Origin: Candidatus Poribacteria bacterium | GTDB taxonomy: Bacteria; Poribacteria; WGA-4E; PCPOR2b | Reading direction: 5' to 3' | Length of the DNA: 64,000 bases | Assembly: GCA_965198175.1 (NCBI GenBank) | Contig: OZ240245.1 | Location: 2,144,001-2,208,000 of the forward strand | Shown: positions 1 through 10,709 of the stretch, in pieces | How positions within the stretch are numbered: the stretch's first letter is position 1 | Layout of the letters: the number at the start of each line of letters is the position of its first letter | The notes under the pieces: generated by a model | Seen by the model: the letters and a program-made list of their open reading frames with translations, nothing else | Database searches by the model: none | Told to the model about the DNA's origin: nothing | Made by a program: the position numbers and the translations under genes

Positions 1-57
1 GGGTTGATCGCTCGTCAGTTTTCGCAGTGGAGTTGGAATACGTACTGTAACAGCCAT
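1..57 (-). CDS. MoaD/ThiS/CysO-family sulfur carrier protein, N-terminal part (runs off window)
   Basis: Manual translation MAVTVRIPTPLRKLTSDQP is a typical MoaD/CysO N-terminus; AGGA RBS upstream; directly downstream of cysH. Confidence 0.7.
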   Translation of the reverse strand, partial: MAVTVRIPTPLRKLTSDQP

Positions 58-96
58 TGGATAAGTTCCTTTCTTGCAGGTTAAATTTGCCTATGG

Positions 97-855
97 TTAT
101 ATTGCGTAATGCAGACCGCACTCTTTCTTGTTATCGGAAGATGTTGCATTTTGCCAGCGCCATCGTCCAGCTCTTTTGGGTTCGCCGGACTTAATCGGTG
201 TCGTGCAGATGATGCATCCGAGTGATTCATAATAATGCCCATTTTTCTGAGGCTTGAGAAGCGGATTCACCGGAATGTCATTTTTATAGATGAACTCCCA
301 AACCTGATCGGTCGTCCAATCCGCTAAAGGGTTTACCTTTAGAACAGAACGTCCGTTATGTTCATGGATTTCCACCTTAGGGACGTGTTGCCGACTATCT
401 GATTGGTCTCGGCGAAGCCCGGAAAACCATACATCCAGGGTATTCAATAAACGTTGCATGGGCTCCACTTTTCTAATGTGACAGCAATATTCTTGCTTCT
501 TTTTGCTATCAAAAAACAGGTATTCTCCGTGTTGAGCTACCATTGATTTGATCGCTTGTGAATGCGGCTGAATGCGTTCGATGCGAAGATCATAACACGC
601 CTCTACTTTTTTGAAAAACTCATAGGCTTCTGGAAAAAGACGCAGAGTATCAATGGTGCAAACTCGAAATGGCAGTCTATTTTCGTAAGCCATGTGCACC
701 AAAACCATTCCAGATAACTGCCCGCTAGTAACGATTGCCGCTCGTTTCTTGAATCGCTTAAACAGATGGAAAAGCATCTCCCGTGGATTTTGGAGTGAAC
801 TAACTTGATAACAGAGTTCTTTGTTTATCAGATTTTGGTTTGCCAACTCAGTCAA
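97..855 (-). CDS. cysH: Thioredoxin-dependent adenylyl-sulfate (APS/PAPS) reductase
   Basis: CCHIRKVEP, GLRRDQS, KVNPLADW, CxxC and C-terminal ECGLH; the CC+CxxC set points to the Fe-S APS-reductase type. Confidence 0.93.
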   Translation of the reverse strand: MTELANQNLINKELCYQVSSLQNPREMLFHLFKRFKKRAAIVTSGQLSGMVLVHMAYENRLPFRVCTIDTLRLFPEAYEFFKKVEACYDLRIERIQPHSQAIKSMVAQHGEYLFFDSKKKQEYCCHIRKVEPMQRLLNTLDVWFSGLRRDQSDSRQHVPKVEIHEHNGRSVLKVNPLADWTTDQVWEFIYKNDIPVNPLLKPQKNGHYYESLGCIICTTPIKSGEPKRAGRWRWQNATSSDNKKECGLHYAI

Positions 856-932
856 TGAATAACCCTACCTTCTTCTTTATTCTGTGGAACAAGTTGTTAG
901 CTTGTTTATAAAACGAGCGGTGCTTCAATGCT

Positions 933-1883
933 TTATGGAGGCAAATTAACCAGATTGGGTTCCGGTTCAAAGTATTGGGCGAGGCTAAAATAGCGTTCGC
1001 CTGTATCAGACAGGATGGTTACAACTGTTTTGTCCCGCCCGAGTTCTTGAGCTAACTTCAGTGCGGCATACACATTCGCGCCCGATGACATGCCGACTAG
1101 CAAGCCTTCGCTTTTTGAAATCCGCTTCATCATCTGATACGCACCTTCGTCAGATACAGTCATTACGCGATCGATAATGTCGAGGTTCAACACTTCCGGA
1201 ACCATTCCAGCACCGATCCCGTCAATGCGTGTCGGGCTCGGCGTACCGCCCGATAAAACGGGAGAAATACTAGGTTCGACTGCAACGACTTGAGTATCAG
1301 GACAATGTGCCTTCAGGGTTTCCCCCACCCCTGTCAGCGTACCCCCGGTTCCCACACCGGAAACAAAAGAGTCGATGCGACAATCTAGAGCTTGCAAAAT
1401 TTCACGAGCCGTTGTTTGACGGTGAATTTCAGGATTTGCAGGATTACTGAATTGATTTGGCATGAAATGACATGAATTCCGTCTAACAATCTCTTCAGCT
1501 TCCCAGATTGCATCACCCATTCCTCCCGCTTCAGGCGTCAATACGATTTCCGCACCAAAGGCAGAAAGCAACTTATACTTTTCTTGGCTGACATTTTCGG
1601 GCATCGTTAGAATTAGGTGGTAACCCTTCGCAAGAGCAACGATCGAAAGTGCTATACCGGTATTGCCCGCTGTCGGTTCGACAATTGTGTGCCCCGGTTT
1701 GAGCAATCCACGCTTTTCGGCATCAACAATCATTGCGTAGCCGATTCGATCCTTGATGCTTCCACCGGGATTGTACGACTCTAATTTTGCAAAGATAGTC
1801 GCATCGTTCTCGCCGGTCAAATAATTCAAACGCACTAGCGGTGTGTTTCCAATCAGATCGATGATGTTTTTGGCTATCTTCAT
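933..1883 (-). CDS. cysK: Cysteine synthase A
   Basis: IGNTPLV, KLESYNPGGSIKDR (PLP Lys), GTGGT, DTGERY. Confidence 0.95.
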   Translation of the reverse strand: MKIAKNIIDLIGNTPLVRLNYLTGENDATIFAKLESYNPGGSIKDRIGYAMIVDAEKRGLLKPGHTIVEPTAGNTGIALSIVALAKGYHLILTMPENVSQEKYKLLSAFGAEIVLTPEAGGMGDAIWEAEEIVRRNSCHFMPNQFSNPANPEIHRQTTAREILQALDCRIDSFVSGVGTGGTLTGVGETLKAHCPDTQVVAVEPSISPVLSGGTPSPTRIDGIGAGMVPEVLNLDIIDRVMTVSDEGAYQMMKRISKSEGLLVGMSSGANVYAALKLAQELGRDKTVVTILSDTGERYFSLAQYFEPEPNLVNLPP

Positions 1884-1887
1884 GCTA

Positions 1888-2334
1888 TCAAATAGAGAAA
1901 GAGTGCATGTGCGGCGGAAGTTGTTTGTAATCCCGCGCTTTAGCGCAAAGATCTTGTAGAGTGTTTGCGTTCAAAACTTTACAAATTCCTTCTTCAATTT
2001 CCTGGAGAAGAGTTGACATGCAGAAATTTGTTGCATCGGATTGAGAGGGAGGATTGAAGCAATCCGTAAAATCAACAGGGCCATCAACGACTTTGAAAAT
2101 GTCCCCAATGTAGATTTCAGCAGGTGACAACGCCAGACTGTACCCCCCATCGGGGCCACGCTGACTCTTCGTTAAGCCTGCACGTTTGAGCTGAAGCAGA
2201 AGTTTCTCAAGAAATGGACGCGAGATGCCTTGCTTTTCGGCAAGTTTCGTGACAGAAACAAACTTTCTGTCATATTGGAAAGCCAACTCTAACATTGCTA
2301 AAACGGCATATTTCGATCGGGCAGATAGACGCAT
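1888..2334 (-). CDS. Rrf2-family transcriptional regulator (CymR/IscR-like)
   Basis: S-x-RG-x-x-GGY wing motif (SQRGPDGGY); heads the cysK operon. Confidence 0.9.
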   Translation of the reverse strand: MRLSARSKYAVLAMLELAFQYDRKFVSVTKLAEKQGISRPFLEKLLLQLKRAGLTKSQRGPDGGYSLALSPAEIYIGDIFKVVDGPVDFTDCFNPPSQSDATNFCMSTLLQEIEEGICKVLNANTLQDLCAKARDYKQLPPHMHSFSI

Positions 2335-2350
2335 ATTCTTCCCTCTCCAA

Positions 2351-2375
2351 ATTGATGACCAATTTAGTCGGATTT
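2351..2375 (-). promoter_or_regulatory. Putative Rrf2 operator overlapping the cys operon promoter
   Basis: AAATCCGACTAAATTGGTCATCAAT on minus strand resembles IscR-type GAC-N7-GTC sites; TTGACT -35-like element upstream at about 2400. Confidence 0.45.
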
Positions 2376-2511
2376 AAATATAACATATATAACCCGATAA
2401 GTCAAATATATTCGCAGATTGACCCACGGTGTGGTTCATTCGTCCGGTATATTGAATGTAGCTCCGGAATTAGGGATTGGGCATTCGGTTACCGTTAGCG
2501 GAGGTTACGAT

Positions 2512-4176
2512 TCACGCTTCGTCCTCAATATGCAACTGATCGACTAGATATCGTGGGTTGAGCGGTTCGCCGGTTGCGTGGCTGAGTAGTGCACTCCAAT
2601 GGAGACTAGCGCCCTGCTTGAAAACGTTCTCACGTAAGTAATCTCCCACCAACGGTCTGTTGACGTAACCTGTGACTTCAACGCTTTTTCCATTGAGAAC
2701 CTGCGAATCTATTGTGTGTTGGAGTTGGGACGCAACCATTTCTCCTACGAGATAATTATGGTAATACACCGGTGCAGCCGCAATATGAATCTTCGCTGCC
2801 CAGTCAGGTTCATTCCGACCCTCTGGCCGAGTAACGAATTGGAAGCGTTCAACCAAGGTCCACCAGAGAGTGTTCACGTCTTGATTCGGATCTCGGTACA
2901 ACTCACGTTCAAAGTGAATCATGACCATCGCCCAGCGCACAAAGATAAGAGCGCTTAATCGGAAGGATTCGATTGCTTCGGCTGTAATCGCAGCCTTCTG
3001 ATCAAGAGACAAATGGAGGGTCTTGTCCAGCCATGCTGCATTTCGAGCTAGCCTCCCCATCAACATCGCAATCGCTTCGGTCGTGATCAGATGTGACGGC
3101 GTCCGCAGCAGGAATGGAAGCGAGGCATCCAAAAATTTATCGTAGACTGCGTGCCCGTATTCATGCAGCAAGGTTTCCATCCACCTTCTGGTTGGCTTAG
3201 TATTCGCCAGGACTCGGACCTCTGCCTTCCTGTCTATATGAATGCAGAAGGCGTGTTGATCCTTCTGGGGACGTTCAAAGAGATCGCTCTTCTCAATCAG
3301 ATCATCAATGGAAAGCCCCAACCCTTGATAAAATTCTCTCGTTATCGCCACCACATCGCGATTCGCAAATAAGGCATTAAAGTTAACTTCACTTACATCA
3401 GGTGCTTCTTGAAAGAATGGATCAGCATAGTGCCAAGGACGGAGATTTTCCACTGGAATTCTGAAGCGTTCCGCAAGTTCTCGATCTAATTTCCCTTTCA
3501 CGCGGCGAAACGGCTCGTTTGTTAACGTTTCCAATCGGGTCACTATTTCGAACAGTTCATCCTCATCCACCTCACTGAGCCTCAAGGACATCTGATAATG
3601 GTCATCAAAACCAACGGTGCGGGCAGCTTGATTGCGTCGATGGACTAAAGCAATGATGTCGTCTGCGACTTTACGCCCCACCTGCTTGCTTCCTTCCCAT
3701 ACCGCCCGCCGTTTCGTGTTCTCACTTTCTTCCTTCAGCACCTCAAGAATCTCGTTATCGGTCATCTCAACACCATCAACAACCGCCCGATGGGTGTTGA
3801 AGACCTGCTCAATGGCGGTCTGACGTTTAACCAAATCTTCAATCATCTCTGGCGGAAGTTGATGTGAGGTAAATTCCAAGATGAGCAACTGTAACTGCCG
3901 CTGGAGATGAGGAGCTTTTATGCGGTTTGCCCCTTGAAAGGCTTTGAGCCGTTCAAAGCGAGTCCGATCTGAGAAAACGAGGCGGTATTGTGTCTCAAGT
4001 TCGGCGAATTTCTGCGTTGCCTCACCAGAGCCTGTTAAGCTCGCCTCCCAATAACTTTCGTGCAACGCTTTCTCAATAGGTTCAATCTCTGCGACCAATT
4101 GATTAATGAACGCTTGCAACTGTGGTTCCATCTGATACTCCTCGATCGGGAATTTAGAATTGAGCTGGGTTGTCAT
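2512..4176 (-). CDS. Zinc metallopeptidase, M3/M2-like (oligopeptidase/peptidyl-dipeptidase)
   Basis: HEYGH zincin motif, downstream TEAIA, PWHYADPFFQEAP, KIH...PVYYHNY. Confidence 0.85.
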   Translation of the reverse strand: MTTQLNSKFPIEEYQMEPQLQAFINQLVAEIEPIEKALHESYWEASLTGSGEATQKFAELETQYRLVFSDRTRFERLKAFQGANRIKAPHLQRQLQLLILEFTSHQLPPEMIEDLVKRQTAIEQVFNTHRAVVDGVEMTDNEILEVLKEESENTKRRAVWEGSKQVGRKVADDIIALVHRRNQAARTVGFDDHYQMSLRLSEVDEDELFEIVTRLETLTNEPFRRVKGKLDRELAERFRIPVENLRPWHYADPFFQEAPDVSEVNFNALFANRDVVAITREFYQGLGLSIDDLIEKSDLFERPQKDQHAFCIHIDRKAEVRVLANTKPTRRWMETLLHEYGHAVYDKFLDASLPFLLRTPSHLITTEAIAMLMGRLARNAAWLDKTLHLSLDQKAAITAEAIESFRLSALIFVRWAMVMIHFERELYRDPNQDVNTLWWTLVERFQFVTRPEGRNEPDWAAKIHIAAAPVYYHNYLVGEMVASQLQHTIDSQVLNGKSVEVTGYVNRPLVGDYLRENVFKQGASLHWSALLSHATGEPLNPRYLVDQLHIEDEA

Positions 4177-4539
4177 AAAGATATGATGATATTATCAAAT
4201 TGAACAATGTCGCCGAATCTTCAGTGTAATGTGTCACGGCTGCGGGACATGAAAGCAGGAGCATAATTGGTGGGAACAACTGGTCATACCGTGGCAATCT
4301 TGGAATCTAGTCTCTCGGTGGGAGAGTCATGACTAGCCTTGAAAAGCAGCACGCAATGTCAATATCGAATGTGTGTGAAGAGGATTCCGGACTTCATAGA
4401 GACGTATTGGCTTTTATCGGATTTGCTGCAAATGCGTACGATTGCTCGCTCAATTCTCCCCAGAGTAATTAGACTTAATGGGAAGTTGGGTTGCCTTCTG
4501 ACTTAGCGGAATGCCACTACCACAATGCTCACGAAAAGC

Positions 4540-6489
4540 TTATTGTGAGTCGTTAGGTTTGGGGCTCAACCGACTATATTTTTGTATCACCGCTTGCAGA
4601 CGGTCCAAGGGGATAGCGTGGATGGTGTTTCCGTTTCTTCCGATAGTGGTTACTGCCGTGGTCATCGAGTTAATAATAGCCTCTTCCGTAGCTTCAATGG
4701 TAGCTTGATAAAGGGCGTCCATACCGCTGTTCGAAAGCATCATGACAGGAAACGCGCCGCTTTCTGTGCGGCGTGGGATTGTGTTGGTTGTCGAGAAAGC
4801 GATAACGAATTCACCGCTGCTGACGGTACTCGGCGTGCCAGTACGTGCGAGCCCAAACGCTCCTCGCTTTGCCACATGAGAGAGTTGACGATGAGTTAAC
4901 GGGGCATCCGTCGCAATAACGATGATGAATGAACCGTCCTGACCCCACTCCGGTTGAAAGTCTGTAATCTCTTGACCTACAGGAATACCATTGATGCGCA
5001 GTTGTGCACGGCGGCCACCGTTGGAATTGACCAGCACGCCCACGGTATATCCTCCCCTATCCGCTGGCAGCACACGCGAAGCTGTGCCGATGCCCGCCTT
5101 GAATCCGTAGCATCGCATGCCGGTCCCCGCTCCGACACAGCCTTCTGAGACGGGCCCATCAGCAGCGCTTTCAATCGCTTCGATTGCATGTTCGGCGAGG
5201 ACATGGAGCCCGCTGATATCGTTCAGTCCGCCATCGTAACACTCGGCTACAATTGGTAGAATGATGTGATTTTTCGGATAGCGTTTAATCATGTACCGCA
5301 CAACGCCATTGTGAACGGGTCCAACGCTTAGTGTATTCGTCAGCATAATTGGCGACTCGATCCATCCTGCTTCGTTTACCCATGCGATTCCTGTTGCCTC
5401 GCCGTTTCCATTGATAATGTGGCTTGCCCCGAACAGCTTTTTGGTCCAAATATCGTTACGCGGAATAACCGCGGTGACGCCTGTCCGCACACTATCCCCA
5501 TAGTTCAGCGTGACGTGACCAACCTTCACCCCTGTAACATCCGTGATGGCGTTGTATCTGCCGGTTTCATAGATACCGATTTGGATTCCGAGGTCACGTG
5601 CGCGCAATCGTCCTTCAGGGACAATTCCACTTTCAGTGGAAATAGGGTTGATTAACTCTGGCTTACCAGCACGCAGCCACGCTGTATACCAGTAACTTGC
5701 AGTTGCTGTTGCCGCATCGCTCATCCGTTTTTCCGATATCCACCCACCGAATCGGAAGAGTTTTTCCAGATAGGCTTCACCGTAGTCAGCTTCGCCTGAT
5801 TTTGCACGGAGATCTGAATGCAACAGATTGTCAGCATAGACATAACTATCGAGAATAATGCCGAAGGCATGTTCCAACAGGTCCTCAATCTCCTCTGCTT
5901 TTTCCGGTTCTAGTTCAATTTGCGAAGCATACGTGTCAACCATGTCAATCTCAAAGCGTCCATGCACTCCCTTCTGGTTTGTCAACTGACCGTCGTGATT
6001 TTCGACGACATGCAGCGGCATATGAATATCCTCGACGTAGTGGGCGAGGGCAGCCGCAACTTGCGCAATTGTTTCATGATTGCCGGATTTCATAGATTCG
6101 GACAGTTTTTTAGCGTATTCTTCGATACGCCACGGCACAAGTCCGCGTTCTGTCACTGTTTCAATGCCAAATTTTGCAATCGCTTCATTGTACTTGTGAG
6201 GTAGTTCCTCAAACGGATAGAACCCATACATATCAATATCGAGATAGTGCCGGGGGCGTTCGTCGGCGTCGTCCTTTTTCCATCGATCTGGATCGTTTGA
6301 ATGATAAGCGAGTTTCTTGCGGTGTGCCACAAAAAAGCCTCCAATCTCCTGAGGCAACACATCACATGCAGCATCGGTCATTCTTTCATGGGCGTTGATG
6401 CCCCAGGAAAACGCTTGGGGGCAATCGCAAGCAATCGAAGCAACACAAAGGAATGTTAAAATGGAGATGTACCGGATATTTGATTTCAT
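4540..6489 (-). CDS. Secreted fusion: S1/P1 nuclease (Zn-PLC-like) domain plus DmpA/S58 aminopeptidase domain
   Basis: Signal peptide then WGxxAH, RHYLDID, HYVEDIHMPLH, HGRFE; C-half RARDLG, NAITDV, TGVTA, ECYDG, GAGTG, DG|S, ATDAPL. Confidence 0.8.
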   Translation of the reverse strand: MKSNIRYISILTFLCVASIACDCPQAFSWGINAHERMTDAACDVLPQEIGGFFVAHRKKLAYHSNDPDRWKKDDADERPRHYLDIDMYGFYPFEELPHKYNEAIAKFGIETVTERGLVPWRIEEYAKKLSESMKSGNHETIAQVAAALAHYVEDIHMPLHVVENHDGQLTNQKGVHGRFEIDMVDTYASQIELEPEKAEEIEDLLEHAFGIILDSYVYADNLLHSDLRAKSGEADYGEAYLEKLFRFGGWISEKRMSDAATATASYWYTAWLRAGKPELINPISTESGIVPEGRLRARDLGIQIGIYETGRYNAITDVTGVKVGHVTLNYGDSVRTGVTAVIPRNDIWTKKLFGASHIINGNGEATGIAWVNEAGWIESPIMLTNTLSVGPVHNGVVRYMIKRYPKNHIILPIVAECYDGGLNDISGLHVLAEHAIEAIESAADGPVSEGCVGAGTGMRCYGFKAGIGTASRVLPADRGGYTVGVLVNSNGGRRAQLRINGIPVGQEITDFQPEWGQDGSFIIVIATDAPLTHRQLSHVAKRGAFGLARTGTPSTVSSGEFVIAFSTTNTIPRRTESGAFPVMMLSNSGMDALYQATIEATEEAIINSMTTAVTTIGRNGNTIHAIPLDRLQAVIQKYSRLSPKPNDSQ

Positions 6490-6504
6490 AAGTGCCTACA
6501 ATTA

Positions 6505-7071
6505 TTAAATCAGATCTGTGTCTATACCGCTGGCTTTGATTTGTGCCATGTAGATTCCGCGAATGTGGTTAAAGATGTCAATATAGACCTGCGTTCGATA
6601 ATCGGGATAAGTCCATTCCCAGGAATGGAAAGTTTTACGGTGAAATCGCAGGGTGATTTCACCGTATATTCCTTGCTGAAGATAAATACGGTGTGCGTGA
6701 TCTTTTGTCGAGGCAAGCACTAGTTTGGAAGCCGAAATATAACCTGGATCAAGATTAACCTGACGGAATTCGGTATCAGCTTGCGCAAATTCTCTCTCGA
6801 CGGCATTAGAAAAAAGTTTCGTTGAGGAAAGTTCGTCGGGCGCAATTAACGTTTCAAAACTCACGAACTGGCGGTGTAGCCCTTTTCCCATTTCCGCTTC
6901 ATAATAGGTTGTATGATTAAATGGGAGTAGGGGGCTGGTAAAATCAATCTGCCCAAATCGTTCTGTTAGGCGTCGATATGCCTCCTCCAGCAGATTTGGG
7001 ATTCCTGTAAGAACGCCGAACATGAGCTTGACAGGTTGGTAAGGTTTAATCTGCCCCATATTAGTGTCCAT
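6505..7071 (-). CDS. DUF4416-family protein
   Basis: YYEAEMG, KLFSNAVE, RQVNLDPGY, LASTK..HRIYL..GIYGE, WTYPDY. Confidence 0.8.
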   Translation of the reverse strand: MDTNMGQIKPYQPVKLMFGVLTGIPNLLEEAYRRLTERFGQIDFTSPLLPFNHTTYYEAEMGKGLHRQFVSFETLIAPDELSSTKLFSNAVEREFAQADTEFRQVNLDPGYISASKLVLASTKDHAHRIYLQQGIYGEITLRFHRKTFHSWEWTYPDYRTQVYIDIFNHIRGIYMAQIKASGIDTDLI

Positions 7072-7253
7072 CTAGTTTAGATTAAGGGCTCTCCTTCTCT
7101 TCACACACCTCAGGAATTATATCACTATGCGATCCCTTGCGATGCTGATTAGTATAGCAGTCCTTAATTAACGCGTTAACAATCTTCCAAATCTGTCTTA
7201 GCGGGTTTTTGCGATTCAGGAGAGGTCGTTGACTAAATTTCATAAATGCAAAT

Positions 7254-7288
7254 AAAGAAGGCTAGGGAGTAAACCTAGCCTTCTTTTT
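7254..7288. terminator. Intrinsic terminator hairpin downstream of dnaK
   Basis: AAAGAAGGCTAGG-N7-CCTAGCCTTCTTT. Confidence 0.7.
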
Positions 7289-7382
7289 GTACTGGAACCA
7301 CATACTACTTTGTTAAGGGGGAGAATCTTCGTAAGTGGAGGTTTGCGAGTTTGCGGTAAATCAAATAAAGGCAAACCTCTAT

Positions 7383-9338
7383 CTACGCATTGCGCTCCTT
7401 TTTGTCCTCGTCAACGACTTCGTAGTCAGCGTCGATGACTTCACCTTCAGTTGATGAAGTTGTTTGCCCACCCTCATCCGTTGGAGCGCTGCGATAAGGT
7501 GGAGGCTCCGAAGAAGATTCCGTTTCGGTGGAAGCTGCCTGTTTGTAGAGTTCAGCCGAAGCCTGATGCCAAACCTGCGTCAAGTCCTCAGTTGCAGATT
7601 TAATGCCTTCAATGTTGTCCGCTTTTAAGGCTTCCTTGAGCCGTTCAACGGCGCCCTCCACCTGGGTTTTCAGGGTAGCATCTATCTTGTCACTGAACTC
7701 TTTGAGATTTTTCTCTGTTTCATAGACAAGAGAGTCGCCCCTGTGGCGTACCTCAAACTCTTCGCGTTTGCGCTGATCTTCGTCTGCATGGGCTTCTGCA
7801 TCTTTTACCATCTGTTGGATTTCTGCTTCGGACAGACCGGAGGACGCTGTAATAGTAATCTTCTGCTCCTTACCCGTTGCGAGATCTTTTGCCGAAACGT
7901 TGAGGATTCCATTTGCATCAATGTCAAATGTGACTTCGATTTGCGGTACGCCACGCGGCGCCGGCGGAATACCATCTAGTCGGAAACGACCGATTGTTTT
8001 GTTGTAGACTGCTTGTTCGCGTTCGCCCTGTAAAACATGCACATCTACAGATGGCTGATTGTCTTCTGGCGTTGTAAAGATCTGTGACTTCCGAGTTGGG
8101 ATGGTGGTGTTCCGTTCGATTAGTTTAGTGAACATACTTCCCAGCGTCTCAATTCCCAGGGATAATGGTGTCACATCAAGCAGCAGGATATCTTTAACCT
8201 CGGAATCGCCGGAGAGGATGCCGCCCTGAATTCCTGCGCCCACCGCTACAACCTCATCGGGATTAACGCCCTTATGTGGTTCTCTGCCGAAAAGTTTCTC
8301 CACCGCCTCTTGCACTTTCGGCATCCGCGTTTGACCGCCTACCAAGATGACTTCATCAATATCCGCAGCTGACAAGTCTGAATCCGCAATGGCTTTTCGA
8401 CACGGTTCAAGTGTTCGTTCAATGAGTTCATCAGTGAGTTGTTCTAATTTTGCGCGGGTTAGGGGTATGTTCAGATGTTTGGGACCACTTGCATCAGCGG
8501 TGATAAAAGGCAGATTAATATCTGATTGCATAGCGCTTGAAAGCTCACATTTCGCCTTCTCAGCGGCTTCTTTCAGCCTTTGTAATGCCATTGTATCTTT
8601 TCGCAAGTCTATGCCCTGTTCACGCTGAAACTCATCAGCGAGCCAGTCAATGATCTTCTGATCGAAGTCGTCGCCGCCGAGATGGGTGTCGCCGTTGGTA
8701 CTCTTCACTTCAAAAACACCCTCACCAATCTCTAGGATAGAGATGTCAAATGTACCGCCTCCGAGATCGTAAACGGCAATTTTCAAATCCTTTTTGTTTT
8801 GGAGTCCATAAGCCAATGATGCAGCGGTAGGTTCATTGATAATCCGCATCACCTCCAACCCCGCAATTTTACCGGCGTCTTTTGTGGCTTGTCGTTGGGC
8901 GTCGTTAAAATAAGCTGGAACGGTAATAACAGCTTGATCCACCTTTTCACCAAGGTAATTTTCGGCGGTCTCTTTCATCTTTTGCAGAATCATCGCGGAT
9001 ATTTCAGGCGCCGAGTAATCTTTATTTTGAATTTTGACAGCCAAATCCCCATTCTTACCGCTTGCAACTTCGTAAGGAATGCGATTTAGTTCTTCACCAA
9101 CCTCGCCATATTTCCTTCCCATGAACCGTTTAATGGAGAAAATTGTATGTTTTGGATTGGTAATTCCTTGGCGTTTCGCAACTTGCCCAACCAACCGCTC
9201 TCCATCTTTTGTGAATGCCACAACAGATGGGGTTGTTCTGGTACCTTCGGTGTTTTCTATAACTTTTGGATCGCCGCCCTCTAAAATCGCAACGCACGAA
9301 TTTGTTGTTCCTAAATCAATTCCGATTACTTTACCCAT
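7383..9338 (-). CDS. dnaK: Chaperone DnaK (Hsp70)
   Basis: [44 protein letters not shown]. Confidence 0.98.
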   Translation of the reverse strand: MGKVIGIDLGTTNSCVAILEGGDPKVIENTEGTRTTPSVVAFTKDGERLVGQVAKRQGITNPKHTIFSIKRFMGRKYGEVGEELNRIPYEVASGKNGDLAVKIQNKDYSAPEISAMILQKMKETAENYLGEKVDQAVITVPAYFNDAQRQATKDAGKIAGLEVMRIINEPTAASLAYGLQNKKDLKIAVYDLGGGTFDISILEIGEGVFEVKSTNGDTHLGGDDFDQKIIDWLADEFQREQGIDLRKDTMALQRLKEAAEKAKCELSSAMQSDINLPFITADASGPKHLNIPLTRAKLEQLTDELIERTLEPCRKAIADSDLSAADIDEVILVGGQTRMPKVQEAVEKLFGREPHKGVNPDEVVAVGAGIQGGILSGDSEVKDILLLDVTPLSLGIETLGSMFTKLIERNTTIPTRKSQIFTTPEDNQPSVDVHVLQGEREQAVYNKTIGRFRLDGIPPAPRGVPQIEVTFDIDANGILNVSAKDLATGKEQKITITASSGLSEAEIQQMVKDAEAHADEDQRKREEFEVRHRGDSLVYETEKNLKEFSDKIDATLKTQVEGAVERLKEALKADNIEGIKSATEDLTQVWHQASAELYKQAASTETESSSEPPPYRSAPTDEGGQTTSSTEGEVIDADYEVVDEDKKERNA

Positions 9339-9422
9339 TTTAAAAATCCTCCTCTAAAAGCGTTTGAATCGAATGTGTCTGTTGTACGAAAGCAACTTTG
9401 TGTCAACGATTCATAGATTTCA

Positions 9423-9884
9423 TTATTTAATTATCCGGATCCATCGAAAAAAAATAGATCTCTTCACCTGAATTGTACGAGTGATAGTACGGGAGCCTGA
9501 TGCCCACTGTTGTTGAAAATCCAACGCTCGCGAAACAAATTGCAGTAGTTGCGGTAATTTGATCGGTTTCGCAATGAAGGTGTAGGCACCAGCCTCAAAG
9601 ACATCAAGCTTTAGACATTGTGACGTGTTTGCACTCATAATTATAACGGGTACGCCGGGTTGCAATTGTTTAATCTGCTGAAGCAATTCCAATCCCGTTG
9701 TATCCGGGAGATTGAAGTCGAGGATGGCAAGATCGACCACATTCGCCTCAACACGCTGCATCGCTTCATATCCGCTCTGTGCGGACACAATTTGGTAACC
9801 GGCGCGCGTTAAAACCTCACACAACACGCTCAAAGAGGAGATGTCATCATCAACCAAGAGAATTTGATTGATATGACCGAGCAC
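9423..9884 (-). CDS. Single-domain response regulator receiver with short C-terminal tail
   Basis: ILLVDDD, phospho-acceptor LD, P-D-x-x-G, FIAKP. Confidence 0.85.
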   Translation of the reverse strand: MLGHINQILLVDDDISSLSVLCEVLTRAGYQIVSAQSGYEAMQRVEANVVDLAILDFNLPDTTGLELLQQIKQLQPGVPVIIMSANTSQCLKLDVFEAGAYTFIAKPIKLPQLLQFVSRALDFQQQWASGSRTITRTIQVKRSIFFRWIRIIK

Positions 9885-10158
9885 GACTTACCTCCCTCTC
9901 TTATTGTCACACGCAACGCATTCAGGTAAAGGATTGGGACTCTAGGGGATTTCTTCTTAAGTCCCAGCTTTCCGATCCATTGAAGTTTCTAGATTCCCGC
10001 AAATATTAATGCTTCCAGCATTCTGTGGGTTATGACGATTTGGCTCACAGCCGACTGAACCCGCCAACCCTACTATATCCCATCCCGATTCTCAATCAGA
10101 CAGACTAAACATACAGATTGATCGGAAGCATTAACAAATTCTTATGCGACCGATTCAC

Positions 10159-10174
10159 AGCAATATGTGTGCCA
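10159..10174 (-). promoter_or_regulatory. sigma54 (-24/-12) promoter upstream of receiver gene and dnaK
   Basis: TGGCACACATATTGCT, exact GG-N10-GC spacing. Confidence 0.65.
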
Positions 10175-10364
10175 ACAGGATATCAGGAAAAGCAACGTCG
10201 AGGTGTTAAGTTATTGCTCGACACTTTTTGATATGTTATAGCATCAATCCAGAGTTTGTGTTGATTTGAGGCGGAGCCGAATTAGATTTATGGATGCCCA
10301 GATATATCGGCAGATGTCATATTGACAATATCGTGTTTTCCGGCTTCTGTCAATATGGCGCATT

Positions 10365-10709
10365 CTATGATTGCACATGCGTTAGCGCATCATCTTCAGT
10401 ATCGTACACTTTGAAAACACGATCCAGTTTGGTAATGGTTAACAGATATTTAACTGATGTGCCAACGTCTGATAGTACAAGCTGGATCTGACGCCGCATT
10501 AACGAGGTGTAGCAGGCGACAAGCATGCCTAACCCAACACTGTCCATCAATCCAACTCCTTTGAGATTCAACACGATACCTTTAGAGCCACCGTCGGCGA
10601 GTTCTTGGATTTTTTCGTTTAACTTGATTCGATCGTCCCCGAGAATATCCCCCGAAAGCCTGAGGATGGCATCGTCTTTATTGTATTTAACTGTAAACTC
10701 CATGATCAA
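10365..10709 (-). CDS. STAS-domain anti-sigma factor antagonist
   Basis: MDSVGLGMLV phospho-Ser motif; LTITKLDRVF. Confidence 0.9.
   Translation of the reverse strand: MIMEFTVKYNKDDAILRLSGDILGDDRIKLNEKIQELADGGSKGIVLNLKGVGLMDSVGLGMLVACYTSLMRRQIQLVLSDVGTSVKYLLTITKLDRVFKVYDTEDDALTHVQS

Noticed and set aside
4375..4410. GAGGATTCCGGACTTCATAG resembling RNase P RNA
   Set aside because: Poor match to GAGGAAAGTCC and no downstream conserved P4 partner found
9391..9406. sigma54-like motif directly upstream of dnaK
   Set aside because: Lacks the invariant GG at -24; better read as a sigma70 -35 TTGACA
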